From: Fibrobacteria bacterium
Lineage (GTDB): Bacteria > Fibrobacterota > Fibrobacteria > UBA11236
Direction of reading: 5' to 3'
DNA length: 27,555 nucleotides
Assembly: GCA_041746255.1 (NCBI GenBank)
Contig: JBGTHM010000086.1
Span: 1 to 27,555 of the forward strand
This document shows, one piece after another, positions 9,440 to 17,914 of the stretch (within the stretch, counting starts at the first letter, position 1; each line of letters starts with the position of its first letter). The notes under the pieces are model-generated. The model did no database searches and was not told the origin of the DNA. It saw nothing but the letters and a program-made list of their open reading frames with translations. Position numbers and translations under genes: made by a program.

Positions 9440-10354
9440 ATGCGCATATTCTCGCTGTTACCCATTTTGGTTTTCGCAGGGTTCGTTCCCGTATATGCCC
9501 TGGAAACCGACCGGGTCTATGGCGCGTCCAGTTACCAATTCCTGAAATTACCCCTGTCGCCCAAGGTAATCGGCATGGGCGGAGCCGGCGTAGCTTATGC
9601 CTCCAGCGCCGCGGAAATAGACGTTAACCCGGCCGCGGCCCGGTCCGATTCGGGCTCGCTCTTCGTGGGCAAGGGTTATCCCTTCCAGGAGTTCGGCGCC
9701 GATGCCAACCATATTACCTGGTCGCTACCCTATCGCGGTTACCGAATCCTCGTGAATGCGCGTTACCTGGGCTTCGAGGACATCGCGGGTTATGACGGCC
9801 TCTCGCATGCGACCTCGCCTTATTCGGCGCATACCTATAAAGGGCAACTCGGCGCGGCGGGTGCCTATGGCAAATTGCATTGGGGCGTTACGGTTAACTA
9901 CGCGCTCAATAATATCGCCTCGTCCAATTATTCCACGGGCATGGTGAACGCCGGTTTACGGTACGAATTGTTCTCCGGTTTTCATCTGGGCGTCGGCGGT
10001 GTGAACGGTGATTTCTGGACTTCGGAAGCGGAATTCGACGGCAATGAAGCCCCTTTCCCTCCCACCGCGGTGCAGGCCGGGATTGCGTATCAAAGGGCGA
10101 TGGGCTCTTGGCAGGCAGGCTTGGCGCTGGATGCGCGCACGCGCAATGATGAAAAACTCACTTTCCCCATGGGTCTTGAAGTGGGTTGGCGAGAGTTGCT
10201 TTTCGCTCGGGTCGGTTTTCCCGTGGCGGAGCCGGAACCCGATTTTTCCGCGGGGTTAGGCGTGCGGTGGAGTCTCTTCCAATTCGATTATGCCTTGCAA
10301 AGGCATGAAACCTTGAGCCCTGGGCATTATTGGGCTTTGGGTATCCGCTACTAG
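9440..10354 (+). CDS. PorV/PorQ-family outer-membrane beta-barrel
   Basis: FLKLPLSPKVIGMGGAGVA...NPAA; FSAGLGVRW..FQFDYA; terminal aromatic residue (GIRY). Confidence 0.8.
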   Translation: MRIFSLLPILVFAGFVPVYALETDRVYGASSYQFLKLPLSPKVIGMGGAGVAYASSAAEIDVNPAAARSDSGSLFVGKGYPFQEFGADANHITWSLPYRGYRILVNARYLGFEDIAGYDGLSHATSPYSAHTYKGQLGAAGAYGKLHWGVTVNYALNNIASSNYSTGMVNAGLRYELFSGFHLGVGGVNGDFWTSEAEFDGNEAPFPPTAVQAGIAYQRAMGSWQAGLALDARTRNDEKLTFPMGLEVGWRELLFARVGFPVAEPEPDFSAGLGVRWSLFQFDYALQRHETLSPGHYWALGIRY

Positions 10355-10453
10355 AGCCCACTTTCGTACCGTCTTGTTTGTGATGGGGTGAAGGCAGGTT
10401 CTCCCTTCCGTAATGATCCGTGGGCAGCTCCAAATCGCTTACGTCGACTAAAA

Positions 10454-10498
10454 ATACGAAGTTTGACACGCGAAATATACTTCGTATATATTTGTGTC
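10454..10498 (+). promoter_or_regulatory. Promoter and palindromic operator upstream of wHTH-sbtA-sbtB
   Basis: TTGACA at 10463-10468 with TATATA/TATATT 16-18 bp downstream. A perfect inverted repeat ATACGAAGT (10454-10462) / ACTTCGTAT (10479-10487) brackets the -35. Confidence 0.6.
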
Positions 10499-10555
10499 GT
10501 GCCTGACGGCGCCGGGGTCCGGAGTAACCCTGAAGTAGATGGGTGGACATGGATA

Positions 10556-10867
10556 ATGCCCGATCCTAGGGAAACAAAACAGGCCTGGACTTTTTTAACC
10601 AATCACGCCCATGTAATCATGTGTCTGGTCAGGAATCCCGCCGAGCGTATGCGCGACATTGCCGCAGCTGTGGGCATCACCGAGCGCGCCGTACAGCGTA
10701 TCATCGCCGAGCTGGAGGAGACGGGTTATGTCGACCACGTCCGCCAGGGCCGCCGAAATGTTTACCGGGTGCATGGAAGGTTAAGTTTACGCCATTCGGT
10801 GGAGCGGCATAAGAAGTTGGATGATCTCATCCGTTTGATTCTACCCTCCAAGGAGGGTAAACATTAA
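10556..10867 (+). CDS. Winged helix-turn-helix transcriptional regulator
   Basis: WTFLTNHAHV, MRDIAAAVGITERAVQRIIAELEETGY and wing GRRNVY. Start moved from 10388 to ATG 10556, downstream of the promoter. Confidence 0.85.
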   Translation: MPDPRETKQAWTFLTNHAHVIMCLVRNPAERMRDIAAAVGITERAVQRIIAELEETGYVDHVRQGRRNVYRVHGRLSLRHSVERHKKLDDLIRLILPSKEGKH

Positions 10868-10912
10868 TGATAACCGTGGGGAATCCGTTTCTGGAAAGGA
10901 AGTTGTAAAGAA

Positions 10913-11860
10913 ATGAGTTCCCTGGATCCGGTTGTACTGTTTTTCCTGCTCGGGCTGGTAGCCGGCCTATTACGTTCGGACTTGCGCCTTCCTGCGGCGA
11001 TTTATGAATTCCTGACGGTGATCCTGCTTCTCGCCATCGGCCTTAAGGGCGGCGTGGAGTTGGCCGGACAGGACTTACGCCAAGTGGTGCCGCAAATGGC
11101 GGCGGTTGTCGTCATGGGAGTCGTTCTCACCTTTATCGCCTATCCCGCGCTTCGGTTGCTAGGTCGCTTCGACAAGGTGAACGCGGCGGCCATCGCGGCC
11201 CATTACGGGTCGGTGAGCGTGGGGACTTTCGCCGTGGCGGTGGCCTATATGGCTTCGCGTCAAGTGGTTTTCGAACCGCATTTGCCGGTTTTCGTGGTGA
11301 TTCTCGAAATACCAGCAATAGTGGTGGGTGTGGTGATAGCCAAGGGGCGCAAGAACTCCGCCAAATGGGCGAGTTTGGCCCATGAGACCTTGCTCGGCAA
11401 GAGCATTGTCCTTCTGGTGGGCGGGCTGCTTATCGGCTGGGTGATGGGACCCAAGGCCATCGAATCCGTGGGCGGTCTTTTCATCGAACCTTTCAAAGGG
11501 GTGCTCGCTCTGTTCCTGCTCGAAATGGGGCTTTTATGCGCGGCGCAGGTAAGCACATTGCGCAAATACGGCGCCTTTCTGATATGCTTCGGGGTTGTCA
11601 TGCCGGTCGTGGGAGCCGCGATTGGAACCGGTTTGGGGTGGACGTTGGGGCTGTCCTATGGAGGCACTGCCCTACTGGCCACGCTTGCGGGAAGCGCTTC
11701 CTATATTGCCGTACCGGCTGCCATGCGAATTAGCGTGCCGGAATCGAATCCGAGTTTGTCGTTGGCGGCTTCCCTGGGCGTGACTTTTCCCTTCAATGTG
11801 ACCCTGGGAATCCCGCTATACCTGGAAATGGCGCGTAGAATCCATGGGGTGGAGGTATAA
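10913..11860 (+). CDS. sbtA: SbtA-family sodium-dependent bicarbonate transporter
   Basis: LLLAIGLKGG, AAHYGSVSVGTF, LFLLEMG, SASYIAVPAAMR and LGVTFPFNV motifs. Confidence 0.92.
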   Translation: MSSLDPVVLFFLLGLVAGLLRSDLRLPAAIYEFLTVILLLAIGLKGGVELAGQDLRQVVPQMAAVVVMGVVLTFIAYPALRLLGRFDKVNAAAIAAHYGSVSVGTFAVAVAYMASRQVVFEPHLPVFVVILEIPAIVVGVVIAKGRKNSAKWASLAHETLLGKSIVLLVGGLLIGWVMGPKAIESVGGLFIEPFKGVLALFLLEMGLLCAAQVSTLRKYGAFLICFGVVMPVVGAAIGTGLGWTLGLSYGGTALLATLAGSASYIAVPAAMRISVPESNPSLSLAASLGVTFPFNVTLGIPLYLEMARRIHGVEV

Positions 11861-11861
11861 A

Positions 11862-12170
11862 ATGGAAATGGTAACCCGAAAGTTGGTAACCATCATCACC
11901 GAGGCGGTTATCGAAAAAGTGCTGATAGGCGAACTGGATAATCTACGGGTTTCGGGATATACGATAACCGACGCCCGGGGTAAGGGCCATCGCGGTTTGC
12001 GGAGCGCGGGTTGGGAGCATGGGGCTAATATTCGCATCGAAGTGATTTGCGACGAAGCCATGGCGGATAGTATTGCCGTGAAGTTGAAAGAGCAGTATTA
12101 CGAAAATTATGCCATGGTGCTTTACGTGAGCGATGTGCGGATAATGCGTCCTGAGAAATTCCAACCGTGA
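11862..12170 (+). CDS. sbtB: SbtB-like PII-superfamily regulator
   Basis: KLVTIITE, GYTITDARGKGHRG, NIRIEVIC and RPEKF; directly after sbtA; GGAGG RBS before ATG 11862. Confidence 0.88.
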   Translation: MEMVTRKLVTIITEAVIEKVLIGELDNLRVSGYTITDARGKGHRGLRSAGWEHGANIRIEVICDEAMADSIAVKLKEQYYENYAMVLYVSDVRIMRPEKFQP

Positions 12171-12200
12171 CCGGCATGCGGGAAAGCAATTAATAGTTAG

Positions 12201-12222
12201 CCGGTAGGAGCGATCCTACCGG
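12201..12222. terminator. Hairpin between the convergent sbtB and peptidase genes
   Basis: Perfect 9-bp stem CCGGTAGGA-GCGA-TCCTACCGG with an AT-rich flank on the left. Confidence 0.65.
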
Positions 12223-12232
12223 ACCCTGGCGG

Positions 12233-13585
12233 TTATTTGACGACGGTAATGATCCGTGGTGTTTCGCCGCGGATATTATCAGGCGAAAGGAAAACCATAC
12301 CGGCGGTGTTACTGGAAAGACTCTGAATCCGTCGTCCGTTCGGGTCGACAAGTCCGCCCACGTTTATCAGGCTTGCCAGTTCTGGTGAACCGGAGATCAA
12401 GATATTCCGGGAACGCGATTGGGGAAGGATAGCCACTACTGACCCTTCCATTTCGACTTTTACGTCTATCCAGCCGTTGTGATCCCAGATACCCTCGCCT
12501 TGTGCGATGGGAGTGATGCTGAAGCCGGCGAATTTATCGGTGTATTTTTTTCCTATTTCCAGATTCGCATCGTTGAAGTCGCTGCTTTGCCGGGTGCTTG
12601 TTCCGGAGCTACGAGAACCCGGAGTCATATCCAATTGGGCGGACTGGATGCGCGTACGCGATCCGAAATAGCCTTCCAGGCGGACTCCAATTCCCTTGCG
12701 GGCATTATAGGTCGTGGAAGAATAGGCGGTCCGGTATTCAACCCAATAGTGATATTTGGCATCGCCGGATTGGATACGCAGTGCCAACGTCTTTCCGGAT
12801 CGGTTGGGATTGTCATGGGCGTAAATGCGATAAACTCCGGAGGTCTTCACATTCGTCAATTCGGCCGGGGTCATCCACCCCAGCGCTTGCTTATACATGG
12901 TGTTGTAATGACCTGTAATTCCTCCGCTACCCATTACGTCGAATCGATCGCCGTATTCGAATTTCTCCCCCGTCGCACCTGGAGTACCTATAATGCCTTT
13001 ATCGGCATTCAATGCCGAGGCATGGGGCAGGCCGACTGCATGGCCTAATTCATGCGCGACCAGCCCGGTGCTATAGCTGCCGTTGGTGAAGTTGGATCCA
13101 TTGCTGGCCATATAGGAGAGGCCGGACCAATTCAGGCCTATCCTGGGAAAGCTGGCGATATACCGATCCCATTCCCGGCCCTTGGTCAATCCCGCTTCCT
13201 TTAATTTGTTATTAATGAAGGTTCGGAAAGCCGACCAATTGGAGGCGTAATATTCTCCATTTTCGGGAGCGGTCCAAACTACCGGGTGAATCGCGAAGGT
13301 CATCTTGACCCTATCATGCGAATTATCCTTGAAATATTGGATGACCCGGGTGTGGGTTGCGTTTAGAGTGGATGTTTCCAGTATATACGGCTTGTCTTTG
13401 AAAGCTACGCGGAAAACCAAGACATGGATTTTTCCTTCGACGGCGTTGGCAGCGGATTGTTTGAAGAGGAGAGACTCTCCGCTTTCCGGTTCCGTACCAC
13501 AAATTAAATCTTCGGCGAATACGTTCCCGGCTAGACATCCGGCCACAAGAAACGATAATAAGCTCGGTAGACGTGCAGACATCAT
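12233..13585 (-). CDS. Secreted zinc metallopeptidase (metzincin, M11 gametolysin-like), copy 1
   Basis: HELGHAVGLPH (HExxHxxGxxH) and Met-turn EYGDRFDVMG; signal peptide after ATG 13585 with AAGGTGGG RBS. Confidence 0.82.
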   Translation of the reverse strand: MMSARLPSLLSFLVAGCLAGNVFAEDLICGTEPESGESLLFKQSAANAVEGKIHVLVFRVAFKDKPYILETSTLNATHTRVIQYFKDNSHDRVKMTFAIHPVVWTAPENGEYYASNWSAFRTFINNKLKEAGLTKGREWDRYIASFPRIGLNWSGLSYMASNGSNFTNGSYSTGLVAHELGHAVGLPHASALNADKGIIGTPGATGEKFEYGDRFDVMGSGGITGHYNTMYKQALGWMTPAELTNVKTSGVYRIYAHDNPNRSGKTLALRIQSGDAKYHYWVEYRTAYSSTTYNARKGIGVRLEGYFGSRTRIQSAQLDMTPGSRSSGTSTRQSSDFNDANLEIGKKYTDKFAGFSITPIAQGEGIWDHNGWIDVKVEMEGSVVAILPQSRSRNILISGSPELASLINVGGLVDPNGRRIQSLSSNTAGMVFLSPDNIRGETPRIITVVK

Positions 13586-13727
13586 AGTTCCCACCTTTGA
13601 GGAAGAAAATCCAATAACGACATTATATTGTAAGCGCAGTATTTGGGCCGCACACCCGGTTTTTGGGAAAAAAAGCTCCAACTTGTTCAATAAATAGAAC
13701 GATTTGGGGCATGAGGATGAATTTCGC

Positions 13728-13769
13728 ATGCTGAGCGGAAGCAGACACCCTTTCCTGGCGGTTACTTGA
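13728..13769 (+). pseudogene. 5' stub of the thermonuclease gene left by the duplication
   Basis: MLSGSRHPFLAVT* versus the intact N-terminus MLNGYRHPFLVGIL at 15263; the offset is 1535 bp, one repeat unit. Confidence 0.75.
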
Positions 13770-15120
13770 CTAGGGTAATGATCCGTGGCGATTCGCCTCG
13801 GATATTACTGGGCGAAAAGAAAACCATCCCGGAGGTGTTATTGGAAAGACTCTGAATCCGTCGTCCGTTCGGGTCGACAAGTCCGCCCATGCTTATTAGC
13901 CTTGCCAGTTCAGGTGAGCCTGAGATCAAGATATTTTGGGAACGCAATTGAGGTTGGATGGCCACTACTTGTCCATCTATTTCGATTTTCACGTCCATCC
14001 AGCCGTTATGGTCCCATAACCCTGCTCCTTGCGCCGTGGGAGTGATGCTGAAGCCGGCGAATTTATCGGTATATTTTTTTCCCACTTCAAGGTTTGCATC
14101 GTTGAAGTCGTTGCTTCGACTGGTACTGGTGCCGGAAGTGAGAGAACCCGGAGTCATATCCAATTGAGCTGTCTGGCTGCGCGAATTGGATGCGAAATAG
14201 CCTTCCAGGCGGATGCCGACTCCCTTGCGGGCATTATAGCTTGTGGAGGAATAGGAAGTCCGGTATTCCACCCAATAGTGATATTTGGAATCGCCGGACC
14301 GGATGCGCAGCGCCAAGGATTTTCCGGACCGGTTGGGATTGTCATGGGCGTATATGCGGTAAACTCCGGAGGTCTTCACCTCCGTTACTTCCGCCGGAGC
14401 CATCCACCCCAGCGCCTTCTTATACATGGTGTTGAAATGTCCCGTAATTCCTCCGCTACCCATTACGTCGAAGCGATCGCCGTATTCTAATTTCTCGCCC
14501 GCCGTACCGGGAGTGCCTATGATGTCTTTGCCGGCCTTCAAGGCTGAAGCATGGGGCAGGCCGACTGCATGCCCTAATTCATGCGCGACCAGACCGGAGC
14601 TATAGCTGCCGTTGGTGAAGTTAGACCCATTGCTGATACCGCGGGAGAGACCGGACCAACTCAAGCCGATTTTGGGAAAGCTCGCGATATACCGATCCCA
14701 ATCCCGTCCCTTGGTCAAACCCGCCTCCTTGACCTTGTTGGTCATGAAGGTTGTGAAGGCCGACCAGTTGGAGGCGTAATATTCTCCGTTTTCGGGAGCG
14801 GTCCAAACTTCCGGATGAATTGCGAAGGTCATATTGACCCTATCATGCGAATTCTCCTTGAAATACTGGATGACCCGGGTGTGGGTAGTATTCAGAGTGG
14901 AGGTTTCCAGCACATAGGGCATGTTTTTGAAAGCCACGCGGAATACCAGCACATGGATTTTTCCTTCGATGGCATTGGCAGCGGATTGCTTGAGTAAAAT
15001 GGAATTCTCGCCTTCGATTTCGGTGTCGGTACCGCAAACGAAATCTTCCGCGAAAGTGTTTCCGGTTAGACATCCGGCCACTAGGCACAAAAAGGGGATC
15101 GATAGACGTGCTGACAACAT
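13762..15120 (-). CDS. Secreted zinc metallopeptidase (metzincin, M11 gametolysin-like), copy 2
   Basis: Same HELGHAVGLPH and EYGDRFDVMG motifs; signal peptide after ATG 15120 with AAGGCGGG RBS; close paralogue of copy 1. Confidence 0.82.
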   Translation of the reverse strand: MLSARLSIPFLCLVAGCLTGNTFAEDFVCGTDTEIEGENSILLKQSAANAIEGKIHVLVFRVAFKNMPYVLETSTLNTTHTRVIQYFKENSHDRVNMTFAIHPEVWTAPENGEYYASNWSAFTTFMTNKVKEAGLTKGRDWDRYIASFPKIGLSWSGLSRGISNGSNFTNGSYSSGLVAHELGHAVGLPHASALKAGKDIIGTPGTAGEKLEYGDRFDVMGSGGITGHFNTMYKKALGWMAPAEVTEVKTSGVYRIYAHDNPNRSGKSLALRIRSGDSKYHYWVEYRTSYSSTSYNARKGVGIRLEGYFASNSRSQTAQLDMTPGSLTSGTSTSRSNDFNDANLEVGKKYTDKFAGFSITPTAQGAGLWDHNGWMDVKIEIDGQVVAIQPQLRSQNILISGSPELARLISMGGLVDPNGRRIQSLSNNTSGMVFFSPSNIRGESPRIITLVK

Positions 15121-15262
15121 AGTTCCCGCCTTTGAGGAAGAATATCCGATAACGACAGTATATTTTAGCCGGAGTGGATTGGATGCACTTCGGGTTTCTG
15201 GAAAAAAGCGCCTCAACCTGTTCAATAAATTGAACGTTCGGCGGCCAAATAAGGAGTTTTCC

Positions 15263-15793
15263 ATGCTAAATGGCTACCGGCACCCATTCCTGGTGGGAAT
15301 TTTATCAGGATTGGGCCTGGTTTTCGCCTCCGCAATTTTTTCGGGAAAAGTGGTGGCGGTAGCCGACGGGGACACGATATCCGTGATGCAAGATGGAAAA
15401 GCGGTGAAAATCCGCCTTTACGGTATTGACTCACCCGAAAAAGGCCAGCCCTTCGGAACGCGGGCGAAGGAATTGGCAGGGCATCTGGCTTTTGGAAAAG
15501 AAGTTAAGGTGGAGGTGGTCGATACTGACCATTATGGCCGCATGGTAGCACGGGTATTTCTCCCGGACGGTCGGCAGCTGAATCAAGTCATGGTGCAAGA
15601 AGGCCTAGCCTGGTGGTATAAGCAATATGCACGCAAAGATTCCATCTTGGCTGAGTTGGAGGCGAAGGCGCGCAAAGCGAAGGTGGGAATATGGAGCCAT
15701 CAGGATCCCATTGCACCGTGGGAATGGCGAAAGCGGTTAAGGGATGAAAGGCGGGAGAAAAAGCGGAAAAAATTGAAGGATGCTCGGAATTGA
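15263..15793 (+). CDS. Thermonuclease (staphylococcal nuclease-like) family protein
   Basis: DGDTI, IRLYGIDSPE, DHYGRMVA, GLAWWY and PIAPWEWR; AAGGAG RBS before ATG 15263; N-terminal hydrophobic signal. Confidence 0.92.
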   Translation: MLNGYRHPFLVGILSGLGLVFASAIFSGKVVAVADGDTISVMQDGKAVKIRLYGIDSPEKGQPFGTRAKELAGHLAFGKEVKVEVVDTDHYGRMVARVFLPDGRQLNQVMVQEGLAWWYKQYARKDSILAELEAKARKAKVGIWSHQDPIAPWEWRKRLRDERREKKRKKLKDARN

Positions 15794-15824
15794 CAGACTC
15801 CCAAGGCGGAGTCGATTCGAACCC

Positions 15825-16160
15825 TCAAAGGCTTTCCTGGTTGCGATCAAATATAATGATACCGACTCGGTCGATGTGCTCTTTCAAGGCGGGTTCGCTG
15901 ATGGTTTGGTAATTCAAGACATCGAAAAAATAGGGTAACGTTATTTCCTCATTGAGTACCGCGGAAAAGTCCACTGACGTGTTATATGTTACCTTGTCTC
16001 CCTTGATAGCGAGGTCGACATCGGAACCGGGCTTATGAGTACCTTTGGCGCGTGATCCGAACAGCACCAGCTGATGCAATTCCGAAAACTTTCGCGCAGC
16101 TTCCCGAATTGACTCAGTGTCGCCGGCACTAAGCCCGGTTTTATCCCCGATTGGTTCCAT
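15825..16160 (-). CDS. Minimal nucleotidyltransferase (MNT/MntA-like antitoxin)
   Basis: LFGSRAKGTHKPGSDVDLAI fits GSX10DXD; starts 2 bp after the HEPN gene stop. Confidence 0.9.
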   Translation of the reverse strand: MEPIGDKTGLSAGDTESIREAARKFSELHQLVLFGSRAKGTHKPGSDVDLAIKGDKVTYNTSVDFSAVLNEEITLPYFFDVLNYQTISEPALKEHIDRVGIIIFDRNQESL

Positions 16161-16162
16161 TT

Positions 16163-16567
16163 TTACGGTGTTACTTTTTTCGAAAAGGTTTCATGAAGTT
16201 GGACCAAAAGAGGATAGTAATCAGTCCTTATTTTTCGTTCCACCTCGGCAGCCGTCTCTTCGTTGTAGGTGTGGGTAGTGAGATTGCGATCTTCCAGCGC
16301 CTGCATCCAATCATGCCCTTCACCGATTATATTGGATTGGAACGCTTGTTTTATGGCATCGCGTGGACTTCGAATCTGAAAGCCTTCCGCCTCTTGATAG
16401 TCCTTCAATAATTTCCACCCCAATTCGAAAGCCATTTCGAAAAACTGGATTAGGCCGGCCCTCTCGAGTACCGAAGGTTTTTTGATTTGAATTGCTGAGG
16501 CCAGCAGTTCATGGGCTTTATCGAATTGATTGAACCGCTGTTTCCAGCGTATATCCTTATCGTTCAT
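16163..16567 (-). CDS. HEPN toxin / nucleotidyltransferase substrate-binding protein (HI0074 family)
   Basis: RWKQRF, GLIQFFE..FEL.WK.LKDY, SPRDAIKQAF and RNLTTHTY (RX4HXY). Confidence 0.9.
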   Translation of the reverse strand: MNDKDIRWKQRFNQFDKAHELLASAIQIKKPSVLERAGLIQFFEMAFELGWKLLKDYQEAEGFQIRSPRDAIKQAFQSNIIGEGHDWMQALEDRNLTTHTYNEETAAEVERKIRTDYYPLLVQLHETFSKKVTP

Positions 16568-16674
16568 GAATTCATCCTATCTACTTACCGTATTGCTTTA
16601 AAATTTAATTCGATTCACTGAAAACGCCGAATTCGCGGTGGGCCTCAATATGGGCTCAATGATCGGCAATAAGG

Positions 16675-17781
16675 TCATTTCCCGTTCCCGTCCGGAAGCA
16701 GCAGGGCGAATAATTCGGTATGCACGAAGTAGTTGGTGCGCCAGATCTTCTTCTTTCGCAAAAGCCCGATTGCTGCAAGTTGATCCAAGTGCTTTGCGGC
16801 CGTCAATCGCGTCACTCCGGTATCCTGCATCAGGAACTCTATTTTGGTGTAAGGATGTTTGAAAAGATTTTCCAACAGTTCTTTGCTGTAAATTTTGGGT
16901 AATACGGCCTGGATTTTTCTTTGCGTGTGATCCATAAGATCGCGGATGTCTTTGCTCAACCGGATGCCTTCGAGGGTGGTTTTCTCCACACCGTTCAACA
17001 CGAAAAGGATCCACTCTTCCCAGCTCCCACCCTCCCGAATCGATTGCAGTCCACGGTAGTACTCACTCTTGTGTTGGATGAAATAGCGGCTCAGGTAAAG
17101 TACGGGAAGATCCAACAACCCTTTCAGCACCAAGTAGAGGATGTTCAGAATACGGCCCGTGCGACCGTTGCCGTCATAGAAGGGATGGATGGATTCGAAT
17201 TGGTAATGTAGCACCGCCATTTTGATGAGCGGGTCAGGATCATCGGGTCCATCCAAGTTGATATAGGTTTCCAGGTTGGCCATCAAATCGATGATGCGCC
17301 TAGGTTCCTGGGGCGGCGTATAAATGATTTCGTCGGTGCGAGGATTTTTCAGGCTGGTGCCCGGAAGCTTCCGCAAACCCGCGCTATTATGCATCAACTC
17401 CTGCTGGATGCCGAGTATGCAATTGACGGTGATCCATTCTTTCTTCCGGACAGTTTGCAAGCCCCGGTACAAAGCTTGAGTGTAGTGCCGTACTTCCCTG
17501 GCCGCGGGATGGACGGCTTCGTTTGCTTGGAACTCGGCGCGGTAAAATTCATCCAGGGTGGTGATGATGTTTTCGATGGCGGAGCTATCCCGCGCCTCTT
17601 GTAGGGCGAGGGTATTGATGAGAATGGCTTCGTTGGGAAAGGAGGCCAGGGTTCCTTTGAACTCGGCTAAAACCCGGTGTACCTGGGGGAGGCGGCGAAG
17701 AACCGAACGACTTTCCAAATCCACGGTGGGAGGAAGAAAGGGGACATCAAAGGGAATGGAATCCACTTGTCTCCTTATCAT
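16675..17781 (-). CDS. Fic-family AMPylase (SoFic-like, internal inhibitory helix, C-terminal wHTH)
   Basis: HPFYDGNGRTGR catalytic motif; DSSAIEN inhibitory motif; C-terminal TRLTAAKHLDQL. An alternative GTG start at 17766 follows AAGGAG. Confidence 0.92.
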   Translation of the reverse strand: MIRRQVDSIPFDVPFLPPTVDLESRSVLRRLPQVHRVLAEFKGTLASFPNEAILINTLALQEARDSSAIENIITTLDEFYRAEFQANEAVHPAAREVRHYTQALYRGLQTVRKKEWITVNCILGIQQELMHNSAGLRKLPGTSLKNPRTDEIIYTPPQEPRRIIDLMANLETYINLDGPDDPDPLIKMAVLHYQFESIHPFYDGNGRTGRILNILYLVLKGLLDLPVLYLSRYFIQHKSEYYRGLQSIREGGSWEEWILFVLNGVEKTTLEGIRLSKDIRDLMDHTQRKIQAVLPKIYSKELLENLFKHPYTKIEFLMQDTGVTRLTAAKHLDQLAAIGLLRKKKIWRTNYFVHTELFALLLPDGNGK

Positions 17782-17914
17782 GATAAAATTATATCAATAA
17801 ATATACATTAAATATATTTCATGTATAAAATAAATATAAAAATAGGTATGATATGGGGGCACACGTAATTTCGAATTTATTTTGGCCCCAGGGCTGTCTT
17901 TGTGGTATTTTGGG

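Larger units (their letters stand above)
12225..15296. repeat. Diverged tandem duplication, two units of ~1.53 kb
   Basis: Units start at 12225 and 13754 and are colinear throughout. CCTGG(C/T)GG occurs at 12225, 13754 and 15289 (spacings 1529 and 1535). Confidence 0.9.

Noticed and set aside
10410..10423. 14-bp match GTAATGATCCGTGG to the peptidase 3' ends
   Set aside because: About one 14-mer match is expected by chance in a window this size, and the flanks do not align.
13586..13729. 48-codon N-terminal extensions of both peptidases (also 15121-15264)
   Set aside because: The RBS and signal peptide follow the inner ATG. The extensions cover the duplicated divergent promoter region, and their ATG is the complement within the nuclease CATG. 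That both stay open is noted but probably incidental.
14921..15262. 114-aa N-terminal extension of the thermonuclease
   Set aside because: It is antisense to peptidase copy 2, and a strong AAGGAG precedes ATG 15263.
15796..15824. GGGTTCGAATC on the minus strand resembling a tRNA T-arm or att site
   Set aside because: No cloverleaf, acceptor stem or second copy. The adjacent GACTCC/GGAGTC stem is better read as a weak terminator between convergent genes.
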